Origin: Octopus sinensis
Lineage: Eukaryota
Direction of reading: 5' to 3'
Assembly: GCF_006345805.1 (NCBI RefSeq)
Contig: NC_043021.1
Coordinates: 20,956,001-21,020,000, forward strand
DNA length: 64,000 bases
Shown here: piece by piece, positions 36,856-49,800 of the stretch
How positions within the stretch are numbered: position 1 is the first letter of the stretch
Layout of the letters: every line of letters begins with the position of its first letter
Made by a program: the position numbers and the translations under genes
The notes under the pieces: generated by a model
The model's input: the letters and a program-made list of their open reading frames with translations, nothing else
The model's database searches: none
What the model was told of the DNA's origin: nothing

Positions 36856-37074
36856 CAGTGGTTTTCAACCAGGGTTCCGCGGAACCTTAGGGTTCCGCTA
36901 GTACAGTCCAGGGGTTCTACAAGAAGTTACAAAACTGCTAAAATTGGCAGTAATTTTTAATTCTCTTGTGCAGCTATGTGTGCAGAAGACTATTAAATTA
37001 TTGCACAGGGGTTCCTTGAGCCAGTGGAATGTTTCCTTGGGGTTCCGCTCCAGCAAAAAGGTTGAAAAGCTCTG
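36856..37074. mobile_element. hAT (Charlie-like) MITE with 8-bp TSD
   Basis: CAGTGGTTTTCAACC / GGTTGAAAAGCTCTG TIRs; TSD AGATAGAG at 36848-36855 and 37075-37082. Confidence 0.9.
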
Positions 37075-37237
37075 AGATAGAGAAAAGGCTGCTGGGTCTG
37101 AGTAACTTTTAGTGGGATTTAAATTTAGAATGATATTAGAGCATGACTAAAATATCAATTTAAAGTTTCAGCACAATATTGGGGGAGCGGGTAAGCCGGT
37201 AAGTCATTACATAAACATTAGTGTTCAACTTGTACTT

Positions 37238-37401
37238 ACCGTATTTTAACGTGCATAAGGAACCCCTTTTTTTTTGTCAAAAATTAGGTTAAAAAAATAT
37301 GGGAGTTTCTTATACATGGATAGTATTATAATTCCTTCCAAAATCCTTTTTCCAAATTTTGAGTCCTCCAAATTAGGGGACTCCTTATGCACGTAATATG
37401 G
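37238..37401. mobile_element. MITE, probably Tc1/pogo-related
   Basis: CCGTATTTTAACGTGCATAAGGAACCCC / GGGGACTCCTTATGCACGTAATATGG imperfect TIRs. Confidence 0.6.
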
Positions 37402-38189
37402 TGGGGTCGATAAATTAAGTACCAGTTACGCACTGGGGTCGATGTAATCGACTTAATCCATTTGTCTGTCCTTGTTTGTCCCCTCTGTGTTTAGCCCTTT
37501 GTGGGTAGTAAAAAATAGGTATTTTATCAACCCTGAAACGATGAAAGGTAAAATGAATCCTGTTAGAATTCGAACTTAGAATGTGAAGACGGGTGAAATG
37601 GCACGAAGCACTTTGCGTGCTGTGCTGGTGCTTCTGCCAGCCCACCACCTTTGAGCACGACTCAAATATCAGTTTCAAATTTCAGCACAAGGCCAGCAAT
37701 TTTGAAGGAGGGAGTAAATCAATTACATCAACCCCCCCCAGTACTCAACTGGTACTTATTTTATTGCCCCCCCCCCCACCCCCCCCCAAAAAAAAAGGAT
37801 AAAAGGCAAAGTCAACCTTGGCGGCATGTGATCTCAGAACGTGAAGACGGACAAAATGCCACAAACACCCCCCACCCCACCCCCTACCTAGCTAACAATT
37901 CTGCCACCCACACTGACTTAGAACCTAATTAAAATCTAACAAATTATTTGAATTTGATATTCCGAAATCACTTCAATCCAAAACAGTTCGTTACCGTTAC
38001 TAATTCTCAAATAAATTACGTGGCAGCAGCCGTCAGCAATATTCTCTTATTTCCTTTTTAGAAATATGATCCATCCCATATTTTGGAGCTGTATCACACT
38101 ATAGTACAGAGATTGTTTGATTGAGGATAGAAATTATTAGCTGTCTGTGGTAAACTTAGCCAGTACACAGCATTACATAACACGATGCT

Positions 38190-38312
38190 GATGTAATCTC
38201 CAGGGAGACAGGCATCCAGCAACAGGACCTCCGTAATGCCATGATGGACCGTGAAGTCTGGCGTAGCATAGTAAATTCCATTGTCTCGACCAGGGTCGAA
38301 CAATGATGATGA
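38190..38312 (+). mobile_element. Short 3' end of the same LINE family as 22398-23338
   Basis: DVISRETGIQQQDLRNAMMDREVWRSIVNSIVST* plus (GAT)n. Confidence 0.85.
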
Positions 38313-38389
38313 TGCTGTGTCATGTCATACATCATACTGTATTACGCTTAGAACAATATACCACACTTATGATAATACAATCTTACTCA

Positions 38390-38915
38390 TGGTACAGCAC
38401 TCACAATGCCACACTCCCAATATTTATGATACCACATTCACAATACCACACTCACAATGGCACAAGACCACACTTACAATAATGCCACAATCATGACCAC
38501 ATTTGCAACCTCACACTCACAGCCTCACATTCATAATTCCACACTCACAATGTCATACTCAGCATCACACTCATAATGCTACATTCACAGCATCACAATA
38601 CCACACTCACGACATTACACTCACAATATTACACTCAATTCCACACCCATGACATCACACTCATGACACCACACTCATGACGCCACACTCATGACGCCAC
38701 ACTCACGATGCCACACTCACAATGCCATACTCACAATGCCACACTCACAACATTATACTCACAATATTACACTCAATTCCACACTCACATTATTGCACTC
38801 AATTCTTCACTCACATTATTGCACTCACAACATTACACTCACAACATTACATTCATAATCCCACACTCACAACATCACACTCACAATGCCACACTCATTA
38901 CATTACCACACACGT
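38390..38915. repeat. Degenerate 11-14-bp satellite (CACACTCACAAT-like); inverted relative at 34010-34200
   Basis: Recurrent ACACTCACAA motif. Confidence 0.85.
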
Positions 38916-39489
38916 GAGAAAAAGACTGGCTGTTCACAGTTGTCAAGCGATGTTGGGGAGGACAAATACAGACACACAAACACATATATATATACATATA
39001 TACGACAGGCTTCTTTCAGTTTCCATCAACCAAATCCACTCAAGGCTTTGGTCGGCTCGATGCTATAGTAGAAGACACTTGCCCAAGGTGCCACGCATTA
39101 GGACTGAACCCGGAACCACGTGGTTGGTAAGCAAGCTACTTACCACACAGCCACTCCTTACTTCAACTTTCACAATTTACATCACATCTACATGTGTTGG
39201 ACAGGTTCTCCCCCACACAGAACCTCACTATTTGTTACAATTTACCATTATCTCTTTTATGAGGTTCAACAATCTTGATTTCACCTCTCAATACTTCTTC
39301 CTCCCATCTTCCTCTGTTGCACATTCCTTCCATTTCCATCACCTGGCATTTCTTTATCTAACTCCCATTCTTCAAATACATCCAGACAGAGAGAGAGAGA
39401 GGAGAGAGATAACAGACTTAGATGGATATATACACTCATATGCAACAGCTCAGCTCTTGTAGTTGTTGCCAATAATAATAATAATAATA

Positions 39490-39533
<44 letters not shown>

Positions 39534-39549
39534 AAATGATAATAATAAT

Positions 39550-40013
39550 AAAGATGGGCTACAGCAAATATTCTGCTCAATACCACAGATTTGCTTGTCA
39601 GTTGTTTGACCTTAACCAGTTGACCATGTCCCTTAGTGGCTGACAATATGTGCATCCCTGATCTCGAGCAGAAGTAGTGGGGGAGCATCATAGCCATGTG
39701 TTGAGAGGGATTCTTTGGGGTTTGAATAATTCACCTCTGGAAACATGGGTGTTTTGTTCAACATCCTTAAACAACCCTTATTCAGGGACCTTTTGAGCAG
39801 GATGGGCTACTCGACCAGAAGAAAATTCTAACTGAGCCCCACTTGCAAGGTCATGTGCTGTTTATCTTGATATGAGATCACCATGTCGTGCACATATGGT
39901 TGTGATGTATGTGCCTGGTGTACCCTTATCAGATGGGTAGTCATGTTGGGTATATTGGGCTTCGTATATTTTACCCCAGTGTCACTTTGATGGCATGCAT
40001 TGCTCTCTCACTC

Positions 40014-40045
<32 letters not shown>
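39550..40045. repeat. Unclassified element of about 500 bp between (AAT)n tracts, probably an interspersed retroelement tail
   Basis: Higher-GC block bounded by (TAA)n; no ORF; only one copy in the window. Confidence 0.35.
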
Positions 40046-40046
<1 letters not shown>

Positions 40047-40463
40047 CCTTTCTATTATAGGCATAAGGCCTGAAATTTTGGGAGAGGGGACTAGTCGAAT
40101 ACATTGACCCCCAGTGTTTCACTGGTACTTAATTTATTGACTCCCGAAAGGATGAAAGGTAGAGTTGATTTCAGAGGAATTTGAACTCGGAATGTAGTGA
40201 TGGGTGAAAAACTGCTATGCATTTCATCCAACGTGCTACCGATTCTGCCAGCTTGCCACCTTAATAATAATAATCCTTTCTACTATAGGCACAAAACCTA
40301 AAATTTGGGGAGAAGGGATGAGTCGACTACATTGACCCCAGTGCATAACTGGTTTATCGACCCTGAAAGGATGAAAGGCAAAGTCGACACCCTTAATAAT
40401 AATAATGATGATAATAATAATAATAATAATAATAATATTGATTACTTACATAAATAATAAATG

Positions 40464-40765
40464 TGTGGAGGCACATGGCCTAGTGGTTAGAGCAGCGGAC
40501 TCGTGGTTGAGGGATCGCGGGTTCGGATCTCAGACTGGGCGATGTGTGTATTCATGATCAAAACACCTCAGCTCCCCATGGCTCCGGCAGAAAGTAATGG
40601 CAAACTTCACCACAACATTCTTTGACTCTTTCCTCTTGCCTCTAGCAGCTCACCTGCAGCAGAGTGGCATCTCGTCCAGGTGAGGAACCCTATATACCAA
40701 TGAAACCAGGAAACCGGTCCTTATGAGCTGAGCCAGGCATGGCTCAAGAAAAAAAAACAAACAAC
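40464..40765 (+). mobile_element. SINE with the family C tRNA head but a different body and tail
   Basis: Same GGAGGCACATGGCCTAGTGG head; 3' part GAAACCAGGAAACCGG...(AAAC)n. Confidence 0.65.
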
Positions 40766-40814
40766 ATAATAATAAATGAAGATAAAGGTGCATAGATTCA
40801 TGGTTAGAGTATCT

Positions 40815-41011
40815 CTCTCTTTACTCTTTTACTTGTTTCAGTCATTTGACTGCAGCCATGCTGGAGCATCGCCTTTAATCGAGCAACTCGACCCCGGGAC
40901 TTATTCTTTTGTAAGCCCAGTACTTATTCTATCGGTCTCTTTTGCCAAACCGCTAAGTAACGGGGACATAAACACACCAGCATCGGTTGTCAAGCAATGC
41001 TAGGGGGACAA

Positions 41012-41048
<37 letters not shown>

Positions 41049-41200
41049 CATATATACGACGGGCTTCTTTTCAGTTTCCGTCTACCAAATCCACTCACAA
41101 GGCTTTGGTCAGCCCGAGGCTATAGTAGAAGACACTTGCCCAGGGTGCCACGCAGTGGGACTGAACCCGGAACCATGTGGTTGGTAGACAAGCTACTTAC
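40815..41200 (-). mobile_element. SINE family A
   Basis: Consensus match. Confidence 0.9.
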
Positions 41201-41447
41201 CAGTATCTGCTTTTTGATTGTAAGGCAGTGAGTTCAATTCCTGGTACTGCACTGTGTCCCAGTGACACATTGTGTCCTTAAGCAAGACCCTTTATTTCCC
41301 ATTACAAAAATGAGTTGTATCTGTAATTCAAAGGGCCAGCCTTGTTACAATTTGTGTCACACTGAATCTCCCTGAGAATTACATTAAGGTTACGTGTGTC
41401 TGTGGGGTGCTGGAGCAGAACAGTTAGTATAGGTATATAAGGTGGTG

Positions 41448-42217
41448 AGCTGGCAGAAACGTTAGCGTGCCGGGCGAAATGCTCAGTGGTATTTCATCTG
41501 CCGCTACGTTCTGAGTTCAAATTCCGCCGAGGTCGACTTTGCCTTTCATCCTTTCGGGGTCGATTAAATAAGTACCAGTTACGCACTGGGGTCGATATAA
41601 TCAACTTAATCCGTTTGTCCTCTCTGTGTTTAGCCCCTTGTGGGTAGTAAAGAAATAGGTATTTCGTCTGCCGTTATGTTCTGAGTTCAAATTCCGCCGA
41701 GGTCGACTTTGCCTTTCATCCTTTCGGGGTCGATTAAATAAGTACCAGTTACGCACTGGGGTCGATGTAATCGACTTAATACCTATGTCTGTCCTTGTTT
41801 GTCCCCTCTATGTTTAGCCCCTTGTGGGTAATAAAGAAATAGGTATTTCATCTGCCGCTACGTTCTGAGTTCAAATTCCGCCGAGGTCGACTTTGCCTTT
41901 CATCCTTTCGGGGTCGATTAAATAAGTACCAGTTACGCACTGGGGTCGATATAATCGACTTAATCCGTTTGTCCGTCCTTGTTTGTCCTCTCTGTGTTTA
42001 GCCCCTTGTGGGTAGTAAAAAAATAGAAATAGGTATTTCATCTGCTGCTACGTTCTGAGTTCAAATTCCGCCGAGGTCGACTTTGCCTTTCATCCTTTCG
42101 GGGTCGATTAAATAAGTACCAGTTACGCACTGGGGTCGATATAATTGACTTAATCCGTTTGTCCATCCTTGTTTGTCCTCTCTGTGTTTAGCCCCTTGTG
42201 GGTAGTAAAGAAATAAG
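41448..42217 (+). mobile_element. SINE family B: one head plus four tandem body units
   Basis: Head GGTGAGCTGGCAGAAAC; about 180-bp units TATTTC...GAGTTCAAATTCC...CCTTTCATCCTTTCGGGGTCG...GTAAAGAAATAGG repeated 4 times. Confidence 0.9.
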
Positions 42218-43377
42218 TATAGGTATATAATGTTGTTAATTAGTCTAATATCTCCCTCCCTTCCATGTGTGTGCTTGCGTAAGTGTGTGTTTACATATGT
42301 GAGTATGAGTGAATGAGTGTGTGTGTGTCCGTGTGTGTGAATATTACAATCCCATTTTACTACTCCAACGTCAAGAGGCTTTCGTTTTTGCTTCAGTGAA
42401 ACAGATTCAAAAGGTGAAAGGAAGCAAATTGTTTGTTTTTCATCAAAACTTTCACAAACAGCCAGTTCAAACGAAGGGATCAACTTGAACCCTTGTCATC
42501 ATACCAGGACGGAATAGGCGTAGGGGTGGCTGTGTGGTAAGTAGCTTGCTTACGAACCACATGGTTCCAGGTTCAGTCCCACTGCAAGGCACCTTGTGCA
42601 AGTGTCTTCTACTATAGCCTTGTGGGTAGTAATTTGTAAATGGACAAATGTTGAAGGTCAGGTTGTTTACAAAGATGAATGGAAGGACATTGATTATTCT
42701 GAACTAAAGAAATTTATTGGACTGACTATTCTTACAGGTGTTTATAAATCATCATCATCATCATACGTCCGCTTTCCATGCTGGCATGGGTTGGACGGTT
42801 CGACCAGGGTCTGGGAAGCCAGAAGGCTGCACCAGGCCCAGTCTGATCTTGCAGTGTTTCTACGGCTGGATGCCCTTCTTAATGCCAACCACTCTGTGAG
42901 TGTAGTGGGTGCATTTTACGTGCCACCGTCACAGGTGCCAGACGGGGCTGGCAGACGGCCACGATCGGATGGTGCTTTTTACGTGCCACTGGCACGGGGA
43001 CTAGACGAAGCTGGCAACGGCCACGGTCAGATGGTGCTTTTTACGTGCCACCGGTACGGATCTAAACATGAAAATGTCACTCAGTTATGGAATCACATGG
43101 TTTCTGTCAACCCCATTCCCCCTCAAAGTGTATGGTTGACTTTATTGCCCACCCTCCAAAACGATTAAAGGCAAAGTCGACATTTGAACTCAGAACATAA
43201 AGGGCCAGAAGACCACAAAAGCCAGCAATTTCAGGAGGAAAGAGTAAGTCAGTTAGATGGGGCCCAGTGATAGACTGAGACTTATTTTATCAACCCTGAG
43301 AGGATCAAAAGCAAAGTTAACCTCTGTGAAATTTGAACTCAGAATCTAAAGACAGATAAAAGTATCAGGTGTAATGA

Positions 43378-43735
43378 CGCCGCCGTGGCGATCTCATTCT
43401 TGCTCACAACATTATAGGCGGAAAGTGTAACCTCTCGAAAGAGCTGTTCTTCACTCCTGCTCCAGAGCGTCGGCTGCGGGGTCACTCCGAAAAGCTCTAT
43501 CTGCGACGATTTCATCTCAATCGAAGGAGAGGGGCTTTCTCCGTCCGGGTTGCGGATCCATGGAATAAGCTGCTGGACGAGATGGTGAAGATGCCGACAA
43601 CCGCTTGGTTCAAAGTCTCTCTTGACCACAAGTGGCCGGAACTCTTTACATGAACACCACCCTGTACATAACTCCATGTCCCCCTACATGGCCTTGCTTT
43701 TTGCTTTTTGAGCCAAAAAATTAACTTAACTTAAC
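43378..43735 (+). mobile_element. CR1-clade LINE 3' end
   Basis: RRGDLILAHNII...LRGHSEKL...FSVRVADPWNKL...FKVSLD* (stop 43651-43653); (AACTT)n tail. Confidence 0.85.
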
Positions 43736-44899
43736 TTGTTTGACTAAAACCCTTCAAGGCAGTGCCCCAGCATGGCCATAGTCCAATATCTGAGACCAGT
43801 AAAAGATAAGATACAGTTACCACCACGTCCTGTTCATATATTTTATCACATCTCCACTGCTAGAGACTCTTATATAAGGAGGGTGAAGTGCAGAGGTGAA
43901 AAATATACTTTCTTTTTTATCAAGCCCAGTTTATTGACATGAGATAAAGACATTTATAACAACACTTATGATATTAGTTTCAAATTTTGGCACAAGGCCA
44001 GCAGTTTTGGTGGTGTGGTGGTGGTGGTGAGGGGGAAGTTGATTTTCCCTGGCATACTCTCTCTTTACTCTTTTACTTGTTTCAGTCATTTGACTTTGGC
44101 CATGCTGGAGCACCGCCTTTAGTCGAGCAAATCGACCCTAGAACTTATTCTTTGTAAGCCTAGTACTTATTCTATCAGTCTCTTTTGCCGAACCACTAAG
44201 TTACGGGGACGTAAACACACCCGCATCGGTTGTCAAGCGATGTTGGGGGGGACAAACACACACACATATATGTACATATATACATATATACGACAGGCTT
44301 CTTTCAGTTTCCGTCTACCAAATCCACTCACAACAATTCTGCCAGCTCACCACTTTAATAATAATAATGATGGCTGTTCCCATCGGTTTTGATGTATGAG
44401 AGTTTGCAGAAGAAGACTTTAAGAAAGTAATAGAAAAAAAAAAACCCCAAAGAATCTACATCTGCTTGCAATGGATGCCTGGATGTAATTTCAGTCCAGG
44501 AATGGGTTTTGTTATGAAGTTGCAAGGGGGACGTTGATGCTTTTGATTTTGTCTGGGATTGGGCAAGTTACGGGATAAAGTTCTTCTATTGTTCTTTTTC
44601 TCCAATTCAAATTGTTTAGAAGCATTACTCTTTTACTTGTTTCAGTCATTTGACTGCAGCCATGCTGGAGCACCGCCTTTAGTCGAGCAACTCGACCCCC
44701 AGGACTTATTTTTTGTAAGCCTAGTACTTATTCTATCAGTCTCTTTTGCCGAACCACTAAGTTACGGGGACGTAAACACACCAGCATCGGTTGTCAAGCG
44801 ATGTTGGGAGGACAGACACAAACACACACAAACATATATACAATGGCTTCTTTCAGTTTCTGTCTACCAGTCATTGTTGGGGTAGAATCCTCAGGCATC

Positions 44900-45720
44900 T
44901 CCTCTAATCGGTCCTGTCAGAAGCAATTGTCTTTACACTTCCTGGCTGGATTCTCTAGAATGGCCAACTGAGGCTATGGACATTATTCAATCATCTCATT
45001 CTTGGCCCTCACCAAAGTCTCCTGCTGGTCATGGATCTAGACACCTCGTGCACCTTCCTCTTCCATAGTGTTCTAGCAGAAACAGTTATCATTACACTTT
45101 CTGACTAGATTCCTGAGCATGTCCAACTATGGATATTGTCCATCCATCTTGTTCTTGGTCTAACCCTAGGTCTCTCACCAGTTCGATCAGCTTGAAGAAT
45201 CTGTCTTGCAGTTTCTTTTTTCCTCGTGACATTCTGGTCATACGTCCTTAGTACCAGAACTGTGACCTTTCAATGCGGAGAAGTAGTGGCTCAACCTGGA
45301 TAGACACCCTGATCTCTGACCTACACGCACTGTTGAGTAACATTACTCCAGAGATCTTTTGGAGGGACCCCATTGTGGCTGCTTTCATTCATGGCCATAC
45401 TCTTTCAGCCATCACACTGCATTCATAATCATAGGTCCAACCATCTTGTTCTTGGTCTAACCCTAGGTCTCTCACCAGTTAGATCAGCTTGAAGAATCTG
45501 TCTTGCAGTTTCTTTTTTCCTCGTGACATTCTGGTCATACGTCCTCAGTACCAGAACTGTGACCTGACCTTTCAATGCGGAGAAGTAGTGGCTCAACCTG
45601 GATAGACACCCTGATCTCTGACCTACACACACTGTTGAGTAACATTACTCCAGAGATCTTTTGGAGGGACCCCATTGTGGCTGCTTTCATTCGTGGCCAT
45701 ACTCTTTCATTCATGATCAT
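44900..45720 (-). mobile_element. Degraded RTE 3' ORF fragments with a tandem duplication of about 295 bp
   Basis: KETARQILQADLTGERPRVRPRTRWLD; 45140-45420 repeated at 45435-45720. Confidence 0.7.
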
Positions 45721-46662
45721 AGGTGAGGACAATCACGTAAGCTATACAGAAGATAGCGAGTTTGTTTGTTCTAACAACAAGAAACCCGAGTAGGGTATTT
45801 ACAAAGTGTAATCCTTCCTTTCTCCTCGTTTTCCCCCCCTCCCCCCCCCCCCGAATGTCTTAATCAAGATAAGATGTTGTTTGTTTCTTAATGACTTACT
45901 GTTATTGATATTAACAATAGCAGCAACAACAACAATAATAATTCCACTGACAATCATCAAAAAGGTTAAAACATCTGGAGATAAGAACAATTACTCATAA
46001 GATGGGGGTCATTTAACTCAAAACAACCTGACAAACATATTGGTAAGGCCTGCTATACATGACCGTAGAGTTGCTGTTTAACCCCAAGTTAGTATTCAGT
46101 GAATAGATCTATGATCATAGGTATGCCAGTTATGGCCATCCCATCTCTTATTTTCATTTAGTGCCTTAGTGCCTTTCTTTTTTTTTTTCTTTTTTATTCA
46201 AAATCTGACACCACCTCTTCTTCTCATTTCCGAATGTCTTCTCCCGGATGATGAATATTTCCAAAATGTTAGGGCGGACTTTGGGTCCTAATAAGAGATG
46301 AAGCTCAAAGGTGGGAATTTTGTGGCTGTATTTCCCATGGGGAAAGGTTGGTTGGTGTCAGGATTGAAAAGGGCTATGTTTTTAATGTGGCTCAACCACA
46401 TGTTGAAAAAAGGCAAAAAAAAAAAAATAATAAAAAACAAGTTATCTTTAATTTATTTCAGTCATTGGATGTGGCCATGCTGGGGCAACATTCTGATCAT
46501 ATTGAAAGGCTTTTTGAATCAATCAGATTGACCCCAGGTACTTATTTTTTAAGTACTGGAGTCAATTCTGTCAGCCTCTTTTGCCAGACTGCTAAGTTAT
46601 GGGGATATAAGCAAACCAGTACCGGCTGTCAAGTGATGGTGGTGGAACAGACAGACAAAATG

Positions 46663-46732
<70 letters not shown>

Positions 46733-47399
46733 TATATAATGAGCTTCTTTCAGTTTCCATCTGCCAAATCCACTCACAAGACTTTGGTCGGCCTGAGGCT
46801 ATAGTAGAAGGTACTTGCCCAAGCTGCCATGCGGTGGGACCGAACCTGGAACCATGTGGTTGGGAAGCAAGCTTTTTACTACGCAGCCACGCCAATCCCT
46901 TGCTTTAGAGCAAGAGATTGGTATTTCTCGTCTATGTGAACCATTGTTTTACGAAACTGTAAAATGCAATGAGAGCATTGCCACAAGAAGCCTAATGACA
47001 CACTGTCATCACCATCATCATCGTCATCATTTCGACATTCTTATCTTATCTTCACCAATTAACAAATCTGTCTCACATAAAGTCGTCGTCGCACACTTCG
47101 TTAGGGTGATAGCACAAGAGAATGTTTACACGGCTGCTTGAGCTATTAAAAATAGAAGCCCTTGATACGGGACTCTTGAAGGTAGAATGGACATTGCTAT
47201 CGGTTGCCCTCAGATCCTATTATCTATTCTACTCTTTACTCTCTTTTACTTGTTTCAGTTATTTGACTGTGGCCATGCTGGAGCACCACCTTGGCATGGA
47301 TTGGATGGTTTGACAGGAACTGGCTAGCCAGAGATCTGCACAGAACTCTTCTGTGGGACACTGGTCAGTCCTTGAGCACCCTTCTGGCAGTTCTTGGTC

Positions 47400-47835
47400 T
47401 TTCTCTTTTACTCTTTACTCTTTTACTTGTTTCGGTCATTTGACTGTGGCCATGCTGGAGCACCGCCTTTAGTCAAGCAAATCGACACCAGGACTTATTC
47501 TTTGTAAGCCTAGTACTTATCCTACCAGTCTCTTTTTGCCGAACTGCTAGGTTACGGGGATGTAAACACACCAGCATCGGTTGTCAAGTGATGTTGGGGA
47601 GACAAACACAGACACACAGACATACACACACACACATACACACACACACATACACACATATATATATACATATATACGACGAGCTTATTTCAGTTTCCGT
47701 CTACCAAATCCACTCACAAGGCTTTGGTCGGCCCGAGGGTATATATCAGAAGACACTTGTCCAAGGTGCCACGCAGTGGAACTGAACCTGGAACCATGTG
47801 GTTGGTAAGCAAGCTACTTACCACACAGCCACCCC
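47400..47835 (-). mobile_element. SINE family A
   Basis: Consensus match. Confidence 0.9.
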
Positions 47836-48575
47836 TATGCCTCTATAAATTTTTTCTTTGAGTTGTATCTTTACTTTTTTGGTGTGGCTCTCTAAAAATA
47901 ATCTCGGTTTTGGATCTGGTCTGGATATTAAAGAAATTGAAAATCATTGCTACACATGGTTGCTCAGCTTGTTGGAAATAGCAGCCAAATCTTCAGCTTA
48001 TGTCTATGCCTCCTTGTCAGAATATGGTAAATATACATCTGATAATGTAGTTTTAAATTTCCTCTGGTATGGTCATGTCTGGAATGTGTATGAGCATAGG
48101 ACCACTTGACCTGAAGCTAACTTGAGGCTAAACAATGCCCCCCCCCACACACATATGCACACTCCACCCCCTCTCTCTCATGCAAACTCATATACACATA
48201 TGCAAACAGGTTTGTGTGGGTATGCATAAATTAAATATTTAAATCAGTCTCTCACACACATTTACGTAATGTAAATTAGGCTGCACACGCATGCACACAC
48301 ACACATATTTCTGTACTTGCATAAATTTACATATCTATTTTACAAACATACACACAAACGCATACATATATTTGTGTATAATTATAGAGACCCATTCACA
48401 CACTTACGTATGTGGATGCATAACTACAAACTCTCGTTTGTAATGTATTAGTAATTGCCTCTAGCTCTCTGTGCTCTAGCCGCAAAACCCTACCATGGTC
48501 AGTTTTGTGTTTGACAACTATAGTACCTGGCCACTACTGGAATTTATTCCTCTGTCCCTTTTTCTCTCTGGTTCA

Positions 48576-49150
48576 TCTCTTATATAAAATCCGTTCTGTC
48601 TGTCTGTGTGTCTTCTCGGATCTCGGGCATCCTCCATCCGATTGTGCTCAAATTTGATATGTAGATACCGACAGTATCAGGGCAGCGAGCTGGCAGAAAC
48701 GTTAGCACGCCGGATGAAATGCTTAGCAGTATTTCGTCTGCCGCTACGTTCTGAGTTTAAATTCTGCCAAGGTCGACTTTGTCTTTCATCCTTTCGGGGT
48801 CGATTAAATAAGTACCAGTTACGCACTGGGGTCGATGTAATCGAATTAATACGTAAGTCTGTCCTTGTTTGTCCCCTCTATGTTTAGCCCCTTGTGAGTA
48901 ATAAAGAAATAGGTATCAGGGCGTGTATAAGTCTTGAAAAAATTACAAAAATCGATTCCAAGTGAGAATGCGATCAATAAAACCGTTTTTGTCCTGCTTT
49001 TCTTCCGTCAACCTGTACATAACTGCACCTTCCATTTTTCGTTGTTTTTGTACTGCTTAAAGGCACGTTTCTTTCCTGCCAAGCTTACTGTTTAAACCAT
49101 ATTTGTGTTCTCCCACTCAACAGCCTTATCCATTACTGGTACTTTAAACT
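48576..49150 (+). mobile_element. Helitron-type 5' portion, SINE-interrupted; 3' end not located
   Basis: ATCTCTTATATAAAATCCGTTCTGTCTGTCTG start resembles the 5' end of the 21285-21686 element. Confidence 0.5.
48684..48912 (+). mobile_element. SINE family B with about 10-bp TSD, inside a Helitron-type element
   Basis: GTATCAGGGC at 48674-48683 and 48913-48922. Confidence 0.85.
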
Positions 49151-49464
49151 CTTCGGTTGCATATTTGTGTGAATAAAATCGTTTTTCTTTGGAATAGAAA
49201 AAAAAGTCTATCTTTATTTCTTCTTTTGCTGGTGTCTCAAATTTAGGTTAAATCAGTGTTTCTCAAAGGGGAGGCCTATGAGACGGTCGGGCAAGTTGTT
49301 TTGAGAAAATTTGGTTTAAATGTTTGAACAACTCAGCACCATCCACTGGACGGGGGGCGTTTTGCTCATACCTGTAATTCAGTGACCCCCAAATCATTAT
49401 ATAGTATTCCATTGTATGGCATAAAAAATATATTAACTCTTTTGCAATTCAGATTACTTTGTTA

Positions 49465-49800
49465 GATGTGAAGGTTAAAGGACTCCTTCAGTCATGAATG
49501 GCCAAAGGACTGCATCTAGAAAGTGCCTCTCCAAGGCACAAGTCTGAACAAGGTTGGTTTTTTTTATGGAACACCAGCATTCACCCATGCATACCAGTCT
49601 TCCTTCTCCATGCCACTGAGATTATCCAAAGGCTGATACAGCTTGGCACCAGTGATGTCGCAACTCATTTCTACAGCTAAATGAACTGGGGCCACATGAA
49701 ATAAAGTGTCTTGCTCAAGAACACAGCACACACCCCAGTCCAGGAATTGAACTCACTACATCATGATTGTGAGCTGATGTTCTAACCACTGAGCCATGCT
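49465..49800 (-). mobile_element. Older tRNA-derived SINE; related older SINE-like copies at 32650-32900, 41215-41410, 63265-63540
   Basis: Minus strand GGCTCAGTGGTTAGAAC...GAGTTCAATTCC head and GTGTTCTTGAGCAAGACAC core. Confidence 0.6.

Noticed and set aside
38068-38130. + strand acceptor with KYDPSHILELYHTIVQRLFD*
   Set aside because: Isolated 20-codon frame with no partner exon; could be chance
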